The notes under the pieces were generated by a model. The model saw only the letters and a program-made list of their open reading frames with translations. It was not told the DNA's origin and made no database searches. From Ignavibacteriales bacterium (lineage in GTDB: Bacteria > Bacteroidota > Ignavibacteria > Ignavibacteriales > Ignavibacteriaceae), in contig JADJNX010000006.1 of NCBI GenBank assembly GCA_016714125.1, positions 111,681 through 175,680 of the forward strand: DNA of 64,000 nucleotides, written 5' to 3'. The position numbers and the translations under genes were made by a program. Position 1 is the first letter of the stretch; every line of letters begins with the position of its first letter. This document shows positions 19,906-30,329 of the stretch, in pieces.

Positions 19906-22900
19906 ATGTTAAAGAAAATATCATTAATTACTCTTCTTCTATTAACGGAGATTGTTTTTGCCCAGGTATCGCCTTCAACTCAGCGTTACCGTAACGATGA
20001 GTATGGTAATATCCAGTACCGTCGTGAAGGTGTTATGGATGGCAATCAAATTAGAACGCTGTTCTACAACAATGGTGAAGTGGGTCAGTGGCCCTACCAG
20101 CCATCAGGAGAGTGGCCCAAAGGAACGGGACATTCTTATCTTGATGGTGTTGCGGTATTAATTTCCACTGAGTTAACTGCTCCCGGTACGGGAACAATAG
20201 TTCACCCTCTTCAAACTTCATATCGTGAATGGATGGATAAAGATCCTGTTACCGGTGAAATTTGGGGATTTGAACCCCTTCCGGGTTACAACAGTCCTTC
20301 TTCAAAGAGACCTTCCATCAACACAGATCCTCTTACCTGGCCTTCCAACTGGCCCGCAGCGCTTGATCTTACACCGGAATGGGACAAAAACTGGTATGGC
20401 TATTTTGGACGAGGTGTTCTTAATTCCGAGTTTGAAACATTTTTTGTTATGGATGATTCAAAAGACAAGGAATATATGAGAAATCCTTTCTTCTTTTATC
20501 CAATAGCTGCCGACACCAATAGAGGCGGACTTGGCTTAAGGGTGGAGGTGAGAGGTTTTCAGTGGTCGCAGGTGTTAGCGCAAGATATTATCTTCTGGCA
20601 TTATGATATTGTAACCATCTCCGACTACAACTACCCCAAAACAGTTTTTGGTTTTTATACCGATTGCGGCGTGGGTGGAACTGATGATTCTGAAGATGAT
20701 AACGCTTCATTTGATCTTATTGCGGATCTTGCATACTGTTATGACGACAATGGTCTTGGTCTTCCTGATAACTGGAAAACTGGTTATTATGGATATGCTT
20801 ATCTTGAAAGCCCCGGAAACGGAATTGATGCCATTGACAACGATCAGGATGGCATGATTGATGAAAAAAGAGATGACGGTATCGATAACGATCGTGACTG
20901 GCTTCCATACCTTGATATCAACGGTAACGGAAAATGGGATGCTGACCAAAACGAACCCCTCAATAATGATGTGGGCAAAGATGGCGTTGGGCCCTTTGAC
21001 AGACAATATACCGGACCCGATCAGGGTGAAGGTGATGGAGTTGTAACCGATGGTGAACCCAATTTTGATAAAACTGACAAAGACGAGTCAGACCAGATAG
21101 GTCTTACAGCTCTGTCGATCTACAGACTTGGTCAGGGTGTAACCGGTGGGGGCTGGGCGAAAGATGATGAACCAATGTGGAACAGAATGGTTGCAGGCTC
21201 ATTTGATACTTCACTTCAGCGTGCAAATATCAGTATGGTGTTTGCTTCAGGTCCATTCCCCCTACAGCAAGGGACCAGAGAAAGATTCTCTATGTCACTT
21301 TTGTTTGGTGAGGACTTAAACGACATTCTCTTTAATAAAGAGACTGTTCAGCAGATTTACAATGCAAACTACAACTTTCAAAACCACCAATTAAACCGGA
21401 ATTGACCGCAGTTGGTGGTGATGGAGAAAGTATTCCTCTATTGGGACAATATTGCTGAAGAATCGCGTGATCCTTTCCTCGGTTTCCAGAATAATGATCC
21501 AACACAAGGATACAAAAAAGATTTTGAGGGTTACCTCATTTACAGAAGTACCGAGCCTGAATTTAACGATATCAAGTTAATCACCGACTCAAAAGGTTCA
21601 ACCAAATACTGGAAACCTCTTGTACAATTTGACTTAAAAGACAGCATTATGGGACCCGATCCAATTGGAATTAACGGTGCTCATTTTTGGAGAGGCAGCG
21701 AAACCGGATTGCGTTACTCATATGTTGACACAGATGTAAATAATGGTGTTAAATACTATTATGCATGTGTTTCGTATGATCAGGGTGATCCTAAATTTGG
21801 TACCGCAGGGTTACAACCTTCGGAGTGTACAAAAATTATCACCGAGGATTTTGCCGGTAACATACAATTTGTTGACATTAACTGCGCCGTTGTTGTGCCA
21901 AACGCTCCAGCTGCCGGTTATGTTCCGCCAAACATAGTAGGCGACACCAAATCGGTTACTTCGGGAAGAGGTTCAGGTTCTCTTCAAATGACAATTCTTG
22001 ATCCCGCTGCAGTTCAAAATGGAGCTGCATATCAGGTTGAATTCACTTCGAATAATACTTATCCGATCTACAAAACACTTTCTTATAAAATTATCAAAAC
22101 TCTTAACGGAGTTAATGATACACTAAAGACAATCGATTCATCTTATTTCGGAAAAGAAAGAGCCAGTCCTCCATTTGATGGAATGGCACTCAGTGTTTTG
22201 AACGACACCACTGTTGCGATAAATGATTCGCTTACCGGTTGGTTGATCAGAAACAACAATTTGACAGTACTTCCCTCAAAAGATGCAACCCCTGTTCGTG
22301 GAATTGCATGGCCTGCTGATTATGAGATAACTTTCTCGGATACTCCACAGGACACATGTTTCATTCAGTCTCCTCCAATCTACACTAAATTCCCTGTGAA
22401 TTTTAAGGTGTGGAATAAAACCGAACAGAAGTATTCAAAAATTGCTGTGAAGGATAATGACGGCTCAGCTACACTGTCGATTGGCGATCAAATTCAGATT
22501 CTTGAGTTTCAGGGATCGGTAGCACAGACCAACGTAAGGTTTGCATGGAATCTTTCATATGATGTTCCTTTTGATCCAAATGCCACACTTCAATATCCGG
22601 CAAATGGCGATAAATATTTCATCACCACTACCAAGCCATTTAAGACGGGAGATAAATTCCTCTTTTCAACACAGGGTGTCGGGCTCGACAATAACTTGGC
22701 GAAAAATCAACTTGGCAAAGTGGATGTTGTGCCTAATCCTTATCTTGGAGCTGCCACATGGGAAAGAAGAAACCTCAATTCCACAGGCCGCGGAGACAGA
22801 AAGATCGACTTTATTAATCTGCCGGGTGAATGTACTGTTAGAATCTATACAATCACAGGCCAGTTGATTAAAACTCTTCAAAAAAGCTCCACCTTCCAGG

Positions 22901-23025
22901 ATGGCAGTCTTTCTTGGAATCTGGTAACGGATGACGGTATGGACGCTGCTTATGGTGTTTACATTTATCATGTTGATGCTCCCAATGTTGGTGAACACAT
23001 CGGCAAATTTGCTTTAATTAAATAA
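19906..23025 (+). CDS. Large secreted protein with acidic Ca-binding-type repeats and a C-terminal beta-sandwich-like tail; two compensating frame breaks near 21385 and 21430
   Basis: Signal peptide MLKKISLITLLLLTEIVFAQ at 19906. DNDQDGMIDEKRDDGIDNDRDW..DINGNGKWDADQNEP repeats. Tail is VVPNPYLG...CTVRIYTITGQLI...GVYIYHV. An intermediate frame reads KPPIKPELTAVGGDG between the two ORFs. Confidence 0.6.
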
Positions 23026-23039
23026 GCGGACAAATTGAA

Positions 23040-24069
23040 ATGAAAAGAAAGATCTATATCCTGATATTTTTAGCAGTTTGCGCCAATCTTACATTTGCAC
23101 AAACTTTTAAGTCTGATGTTTCCAAAAGAGGAACAACAGCAGCCCCGTTCCTTTCAATCGGTCAGGGTGCCCGGTCAACAGCCATGGGCAGTGCCTTTGC
23201 CGGTGCCGCGAATGATGTCAGCTCAATTTATTGGAATCCGGCAGGTCTTACAAAGGCTGAAGGATTCCAGATGATGTTCGATCACACAATCTGGATCGCT
23301 GATGTTAGATATAACTATCTTGCAGCAAGCTACAACATGGGTGATATCGGAACAATCGGGTTAAGTTTCATCAGCTCTAATGTGGGCGAAATGAGAGTTA
23401 CCACAATTGACTATCCAGGCGGTACAGGTGAAACATTTACTGCAAACGATATGGCAATAAGTCTTGCTTATGCTATACAGTTGACCGATAAATTTTCGAT
23501 TGGTTTTAATCCAAAGTTCATTTACCAGAGTATCTGGAAAATGAGTGCCACTGCATTTGCCATCGATATGGGTGTGCAATATGTTACACCATTTGATGAT
23601 GCAGTTCTTGCGATGTCGATTTCCAACTTTGGCTCCAAAATCCAGCTTCTTGGTAATTCAAATCTTGTTCTTCATGATCTTGATCCCGGAAGCACAGGAA
23701 ACAACGGTAAGATACCTGCTTACTTAGAGACCGGTGCCTGGTCACTTCCTTTGAATTTCAGAGTTGGTGTTATGTATGCACCAATAAAAACCGATCAACA
23801 CAAGTTGTTGGTGGCAGTTGATGCAACACATCCAAGTGATGATTATGAGAGTGTGAACATTGGAGCAGAATACAGTTTTAATAAATTCCTCTTTCATCAG
23901 AGGAGGATACAAGTCGCTGTTTCAACAGGATTCTGAGGAGTCGTTTACCCTTGGTTTTGGTATAAAACAACACCTTATGAATAATGTTGCTGTATTGTTT
24001 GATTATGCTTACCAAAGTTTTGGAAGATTTAAGGACATTCAGAAATTTACGATGTCCGTGTCATTTTAA
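23040..24069 (+). CDS. PorV/PorQ-family outer-membrane barrel (T9SS-associated), frame broken near 23895
   Basis: N-terminus is KRGTTAAPFLSIGQGARSTAMGSAFAGAANDVSSIYWNPAGL, typical of PorV. The C-terminal piece (23860-24069) ends in ..FTMSVSF. Confidence 0.75.
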
Positions 24070-24077
24070 TGTGAGTT

Positions 24078-24118
24078 GCCGGCTTCGCGTTCTCCCATGT
24101 GTAAGCCGGCATTTTTTT
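24078..24118 (+). terminator. Rho-independent terminator
   Basis: GCCGGCTT...AAGCCGGC stem followed by a T7 run. Confidence 0.7.
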
Positions 24119-24150
24119 ATCAATGAAATTGAGCTTATGAAAAAAGAAAT

Positions 24151-25935
24151 TTGTTACTGCTTATAGCCTTCCTTCTGTTGACGATGGCTGTTCAAGCCAA
24201 GGACTTTAAAGGCGCCGAATTCAGAACCAAACAGGCCTTCCTTTACGGCAGGTTTGAGGTTAATATGAAATCAGCCGCCAGGAGATGGAGTGTTATCAAC
24301 TTTTTTACATATCACGAGTTCACAACCGGAATACAGGACTGGAACGAAATCGATATCGAAATACTTGGAAGGTACGATTACGATATTCAGTTTAACCCCA
24401 TTACTCCCGGACAGGTAAATCACACCAGTCATTTCCCTGCACCTTTCAGCCCACACACAGATTATCATACCTATGCTTTTGAATGGACGCCTACTTATGT
24501 CGCATGGTTTGTTGACGGTGTTGAAGTTCACAGACAAACGGGATCGCATATTGAAGCTTTAAATAAAGCTCAGAAACTTATGATGAACAACTGGACTCCA
24601 ACCTATGCAAACTGGGCGGGCACACTTAATGTGGATGCACTTCCGGCGTTTGCATATTATGACTGGGTGAAATATTACAACTATAACCCCGGTGGTGGAA
24701 ACTACGGGACCAATAACAATTTTTCCCTCTCCTGGAGTGACGAATTTGAATTCTGGAATACTGCCCGCTGGGAGAAAGGCACCCACACTTTTAACGGTAA
24801 CAACTGCGATTTTGTGACTACAAATGCAGTCTTCAGAGATTCAAAACTTATCCTTTGTTTAACTGATGCAGTAAACCTTGGTTACACCGATGTTAAAGCT
24901 CCTGTGGTTCTCTCTGCAAGAGTTCATGACAACAAAGTGATAGCTTATTTTACCGAGGAACTTGATTCAGTTACCGGACAAAACGTTGCAAATTTTAACA
25001 TAGTTGGTGCAACCGTTCAGAGTGTAACTCTCAGGAGTGATCCAAGAAGTGTTGAACTTACCGTTTCAGATTGGGATTTCACGACCACCAAAAACCTGTT
25101 GGTAATGAATGTTAAAGACAGGTTTAACAACACCTCCGCTCCAAAAGCTGTGACTATCATTCTTCAAAGGAACTGGACATATCCAATCAAACTTAACTGT
25201 GGTGGACCTCAGGTCGATATCGGTTGGATGGCAGATACAGAGTGGAACCTGGCAGGACTTTATGGTTTTCTCGATGGACAAACAGCAGCCTATTCGTCAA
25301 ATCTGCAAATAAACGGCACCGATGAGGATGAAGTCTATCGCAATGAAAAATACGGAATGGCAAACTACAGAGTTCGTGTTCCAAACGGAAGATATAAAGT
25401 AAAACTAATGTTTGCTGAAAACTATTTTACAAGCGCCAACAAAAGAATTTTTAGTGTCTTTCTTGAGAGCATCAAAGTATTAAACAACCTCGATATATTT
25501 GCTGAAGTTGGAACAAGTACTGCTTTGGTTAAAGACTTCACCAATATTGTTGTTCAGGATGGAATTCTCGATGTCCATTTTGCTGCACAGATTGACAATC
25601 CTGTGATCAGCGGAATAGTAATCGAAGCTGATCCAACCGGTATTCAGGATGGACAGTCAGAATTTCCGGGTGATTTCTCGCTTAATCAAAATTATCCCAA
25701 TCCGTTTAACGGGCAGACGGTGATTTCTTTTAATGTTAACAAACCGGATTTTTTTCGGTTTGCCCTGTTCAATACTATGGGAGAAACAGTTTTTGAGGAT
25801 GATCTTGGCTACCTTGAACAGGGCTTTCACTCCTTCCCGTTGGGGACCACTGAATTTGGTTCCAGTGGGGCATATTTTTATTCCATCTCCGGGACGGGTA
25901 GAACCGAAACGGGTAAACTTGTTTACTTGAAGTGA
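24151..25935 (+). CDS. GH16 endo-beta-1,3(4)-glucanase with malectin-like domain and T9SS CTD
   Basis: Catalytic motif WNEIDIEILG, malectin-like IKLNCGG...VPNGRYKVKLMFAE and CTD NYPNPFNGQTVISF. An ATG at 24138 (MKKEI) is out of frame by one nt, so the true start is probably there. Confidence 0.85.
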   Translation: MLLLIAFLLLTMAVQAKDFKGAEFRTKQAFLYGRFEVNMKSAARRWSVINFFTYHEFTTGIQDWNEIDIEILGRYDYDIQFNPITPGQVNHTSHFPAPFSPHTDYHTYAFEWTPTYVAWFVDGVEVHRQTGSHIEALNKAQKLMMNNWTPTYANWAGTLNVDALPAFAYYDWVKYYNYNPGGGNYGTNNNFSLSWSDEFEFWNTARWEKGTHTFNGNNCDFVTTNAVFRDSKLILCLTDAVNLGYTDVKAPVVLSARVHDNKVIAYFTEELDSVTGQNVANFNIVGATVQSVTLRSDPRSVELTVSDWDFTTTKNLLVMNVKDRFNNTSAPKAVTIILQRNWTYPIKLNCGGPQVDIGWMADTEWNLAGLYGFLDGQTAAYSSNLQINGTDEDEVYRNEKYGMANYRVRVPNGRYKVKLMFAENYFTSANKRIFSVFLESIKVLNNLDIFAEVGTSTALVKDFTNIVVQDGILDVHFAAQIDNPVISGIVIEADPTGIQDGQSEFPGDFSLNQNYPNPFNGQTVISFNVNKPDFFRFALFNTMGETVFEDDLGYLEQGFHSFPLGTTEFGSSGAYFYSISGTGRTETGKLVYLK

Positions 25936-25978
25936 CAGGTCATTAAATTCTAAACATAAACTAACTGCTGATAAAATT

Positions 25979-28232
25979 ATGAAACGATCGTTATTATTTA
26001 CAATTTCAATATTATTCTTTGGTTTAACTACCATGCTCAACGCACAAAGAGATGATAATAACTTAAAAAGTGAAGTGAAAAAACTTCTGGATAAAATGAC
26101 GATCGAGGAAAAGATCGGGCAGATGACTCAAGTTACAATTCAGACTGTTTCAAAAAAACAAGGAAACAAAGACCAGCATCACGAACTTGATCTTGCCAAA
26201 CTCGAAGAAGTGGTTGTTAAATACAATGTTGGATCACTCCTTAATGTTTATGATAAAGCGCATGAAATTGAATACTGGCACGAAGTGATCACAAAAATTC
26301 AGGACCTTGCCACAAAAAAGACACGGCTTAAAATTCCTGTGCTTTATGGTATAGACGCCATCCATGGTGCCACATACACTTTAAACTCCACACTTTTCCC
26401 TCAATCACTTGGAATGGCTTCAACTTTTAACAGGGAATTAGTTAAAAGGAGCAGAAATTACAGCAGTTGAAACTTATGCTTCGGGAATTCCATGGAATTT
26501 TAATCCCGTTCTTGATGTTGGAAGACAATCATTATGGCCAAGATTATGGGAAACAATGGGAGAAGATCCATATCTTGTATCAGAACTTGGAAGCACATAT
26601 GTAAAAGCAATGCAAGAGAACAACCTTGTTCCAAAAGACCGTTTCCTCGCATGTCTAAAACATTATGTTGGCTACAGTTTTCCTTTTAACGGACTTGACA
26701 GAACCCCTGCCTACATGTCTGAGAGAACCCTAAGAGAATTTTTCCTCCCTCCATTTGAAGCAGCAGTAAAAGCCGGAGCTTTAACCGTGATGGTTAACTC
26801 AGGTGAAATTGATGGAATTCCGGGACATGCCAACTTTCACCTCCTTACGGAAGTATTAAAAGGTGAAATGAGGTTTCAGGGATTTGTTGTCTCCGACTGG
26901 GAAGATATTAAAAGACTTTTTACTCGTGACAGAGTGGCTGAATCACCAAAAGAAGCAGTTTTTATGGCTGTTATGGCAGGAGTTGACATGAGCATGGTTC
27001 CAACAGACCTTAGCTTTTATGATCTCCTTCTTGAACTTGTTAAAGAGGGTTCCGTTCCCGTTTCCCGTATCGATGATGCGGTTAGCAGAATTTTATTTGT
27101 AAAAATGAAACTTGGACTCTTCGAAAACGCATATCCTGACAAATCATTTTTATCAAAATTTGCAACTCCCGAAAACACACAGGCAAATCTTGATGCAGCT
27201 CGTGAATCAATAGTCCTGCTCAAAAACGACAAAAATATCTTACCCTTGGGAAAAGATAAAAAAGTATTTGTTACCGGACCAACTGCTGATATGTTATCAG
27301 TATTAAATGGTGGCTGGACTGTTACATGGCAGGGTAATGAAGAATCACTTATGCAGAGTGATAAAAAAACCGTTGTTAAGGCGATGATTTCCGAAGTATC
27401 GTCAAAAAATATAATCTACAATCCGGGTTGTTCGTTTGATAAAATGCTCGATGTTGACAATGCAGTTAAAAGTGCAAAAGAATCTGATGTTATAGTTCTT
27501 TGTCTCGGTGAACCGGCATATTGCGAAACACCCGGAAACATCAACGATCTTACACTCCCAAAAGCACAGTTGGACTACGCCAAAATGATGATTGCCACAG
27601 GAAAGCCTGTTGTTCTTGTTATGATTGAAGGCAGACCAAGAGTTATAACTGAAATTGCCGACAAAGTTGATGGAATTATTGTTGCATTTCTCCCCGGTAT
27701 GCAGGGTGGTGTTGCTATTTCAGATGTATTATATGGAATGACCAACCCAAGTGGCAAACTTCCAATAACTTATCCCAAGTCACCAAATGCCATTACACTT
27801 TACGATTACAAACCGATCGAATTTTTTGACGGCAATGGTTACAACCCACTTTATCCATTTGGTCATGGTTTAAGTTATACTAAATTTACATATTCGGATT
27901 TGAAGCTTAGCGCAGACAAAATCACAGAAAATGAAGAGTTAAAAGTGTCGGTTACTGTAAAAAATACCGGTAATGTAAAAGGGAAAGAATCTGTTCTGCG
28001 TTATCTGACCGATCTTTTTGGAACAGTTTCCAGACCAAACAAACAATTAAAAGGTTTTGACAAAATTGAACTTGCACCGGGTGAAAGTAAAACAGTTCAC
28101 TTCACACTTGGTTATGAACATCTGTCGTTCATTGGTGCCTCCAACAGCAGGATTGTTGAGTTGGGTGAATTTGTTGTAACTATTGGTGATCTTAAATCCA
28201 AGTTCAAACTTGTATTTGGTGGTGGGAAATAA
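25979..28232 (+). CDS. bglX: GH3 beta-glucosidase (BglX-like), frame broken near 26447
   Basis: GQMTQV, GIDAIHG, VSDWEDI and KHYVGYS motifs. ORFs 25979-26470 and 26556-28232 join as ..ELVKGAEITAVETYASGIPWNFNPVLDV.. if an A4 run is read as A3. Confidence 0.85.
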
Positions 28233-28234
28233 AA

Positions 28235-30217
28235 TGAATTTATTTGTAAAAGTTCTCCCCCGGGTAGTATTAATGTTGGTTTTTGCAATGCCCCTTGCTG
28301 CCCAGGGATTTTTGAAAGTCTCCGGAAAAAATATTGTTAACGGCGTGGGACAAAATTATGTCCTCAAAGGTGTAGGCTTGGGCGGATGGCTGCTCCAGGA
28401 AGGATACATGCTTCATACTTCAGCCTTTGCAAATGCCCAATGGCAAATTAGAGCCAAAATCACTGATTTGATTGGTGAAACAAACACTGAAACCTTTTAC
28501 GAGACTTATCGAAACAATTATGTAAAAAAAGTTGATATTGATTCTCTTAAAGCTTGGGGTTTTAACTCAATACGGTTGCCGTTCCACTACAATCTTTTTG
28601 CCACTAACACAAATCCACCTGTCTTTTTGCAAAAGGTTTTGATTATACTGATTCACTCCTTGCATGGTGTAAAGCAAATCAGATCTATCTCATACTGGAT
28701 ATGCACGCAGCCCCGGTGGTCAGAGTAATGAACCGATAAGTGATTATAATCCTGCATTTCCTTCTTTATGGCAAAGTGAGCAGAATAAAGACCTCACTGT
28801 AAAAATCTGGCGTAAACTGGCAGAGAGATACAAAGATGAAGAATGGATCGGCGGATATGACCTGCTTAACGAGCCCAAATGGGACCTTGGAACTAACAAT
28901 GTTCCACTTCGCAATCTTTATATCAGACTCACTGACACTATTAGAGCTGTTGATACGAATCATATAATTTACATTGAAGGTAACTGGTTTGCAACCGATT
29001 TTTCAGGGTTAACACCTCCTTGGGATGCCAACCTGGTTTATAGTTTCCACAAATACTGGAACACAAACAACACCGGTTCAATTCAGTATCTGCTCGATCT
29101 TCGCAATAACTTTAACAGACCTTTATGGCTGGGTGAAACGGGTGAAAACTCAAATCAGTGGCTTTCAGATTTTGTGGAATTGATGCACAACAACAATATA
29201 GGCTGGGCTACCTGGCCTCACAAAAAAATTAAGTCAATTGCGGGACCTCTTTCAGCCACACTTTCGCCACTGTATCAGACACTTCTGAATTATTGGAATG
29301 GATCGGGATCGAGGCCAACTGCAACTTATGCTCAGGGTGCTCTGATGGCTCAGGCAAACGCACTTAAACTTGAGATGTGCACCTACAACAAAGATTATGT
29401 ATATGCTCTGTTGAAGCAACCATTTACAACCACTTCAATCCCGTTTGCAGAGAATCTGATTCCGGGAACGATCTACGCACCCAACTATGACATGGGAAAA
29501 CAGGGAGTCGCTTACTCGGACGTAGCTTATCAAAACACCAATAATGGAACTGCCTATAATTCCGGATACAACTACAGAAATGATGGTGTTGACATCGAAC
29601 AGTGCAGCGATTTTTCGTCGAACGGATATGATGTTGGTTGGATAGAAAATAATGAGTGGCTTGCTTATACCGTGCAGGTTCAGACGAGTGGTGTTTACAG
29701 TGCAGCTTTTAATGTTGCCGCTCAAAGTGCCGGTGGACAAATTTTTGTGTTGGTTGACGGACAAGGTTTAAGCATGGTTAATATCCCTGCAACTGGTGGC
29801 TGGCAGAACTGGCAGAATGTTATTCTGCAGAATATCAATCTTACAGCCGGAACTCATAAACTTACCCTACGGTTCTACAACGGCAGTTTTAACCTCAGCA
29901 ATATCGATTTTACTTTAATCTCTACCGATATTGAAGATGAGACTCAATTGCCCGTGGAATTTGCTCTGAGCCAAAACCATCCAAACCCGTTTAACCCCTC
30001 CACGATTGTTAAATATTCACTTCCTGTTGACGGATTTGTCAACATCAGTGTATATAATAATCTTGGTGAAAAGGTATCAGTTCTTGTTGATGGTGAAGTG
30101 AGTGCCGGGGAATATTCAGTTTCTTTTGATGCCGGAAATCTCCCGAGTGGAGTTTATTTCTGCAGAATGGAATCCGGAAATTTTATCTCCTCCCGCAAAA
30201 TGCTGCTGTTAAAATGA
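28235..30217 (+). CDS. GH5 glucanase with CBM6-like module and T9SS CTD; frame broken near 28625 and 28715
   Basis: Signal peptide MNLFVKVLPRVVLMLVFAMPLAAQG. GVGLGGWLLQEGYM, LLNEPKW and GETGEN motifs. CBM6-like GYDVGWIENNEWLAYTV. CTD NHPNPFNPSTIVKY. The breaks lie in a T5 run and a C4 run. Confidence 0.8.
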
Positions 30218-30291
30218 GTACCTGAGTACCTGAGTACCTGAGTGATTTTAGTATTGTGAATTAGCGTCACTCAAGTACTCAAGTACTCGAG
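30216..30291. repeat. Long imperfect hairpin built from inverted octamer tandem repeats
   Basis: (GAGTACCT)x3+GAGTG pairs with CACTCAAGTACTCAAGTACTC, giving 21 bp with two C-A mismatches and a 23-nt loop. It starts on the GH5 stop codon. Confidence 0.7.
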
Positions 30292-30329
30292 AATTCGTTT
30301 AATTAAATACACTATGAAAAGGAGTTTAT

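Noticed and set aside
20648-21046. Cluster of short ORFs on both strands inside the acidic-repeat region, and similar alternative-frame or antisense ORFs inside other long genes (e.g. 6266-6604, 7068-7427, 51399-51869)
   Set aside because: They are nested within longer ORFs with clear family signatures. They arise from compositional bias or repeats, and no independent motifs are present.
17172-23025. Canonical SusC/SusD pair
   Set aside because: The gene after the receptor encodes a ~1040-aa protein without a lipobox or SusD-like TPR features. No SusD-like ORF lies anywhere in the locus.
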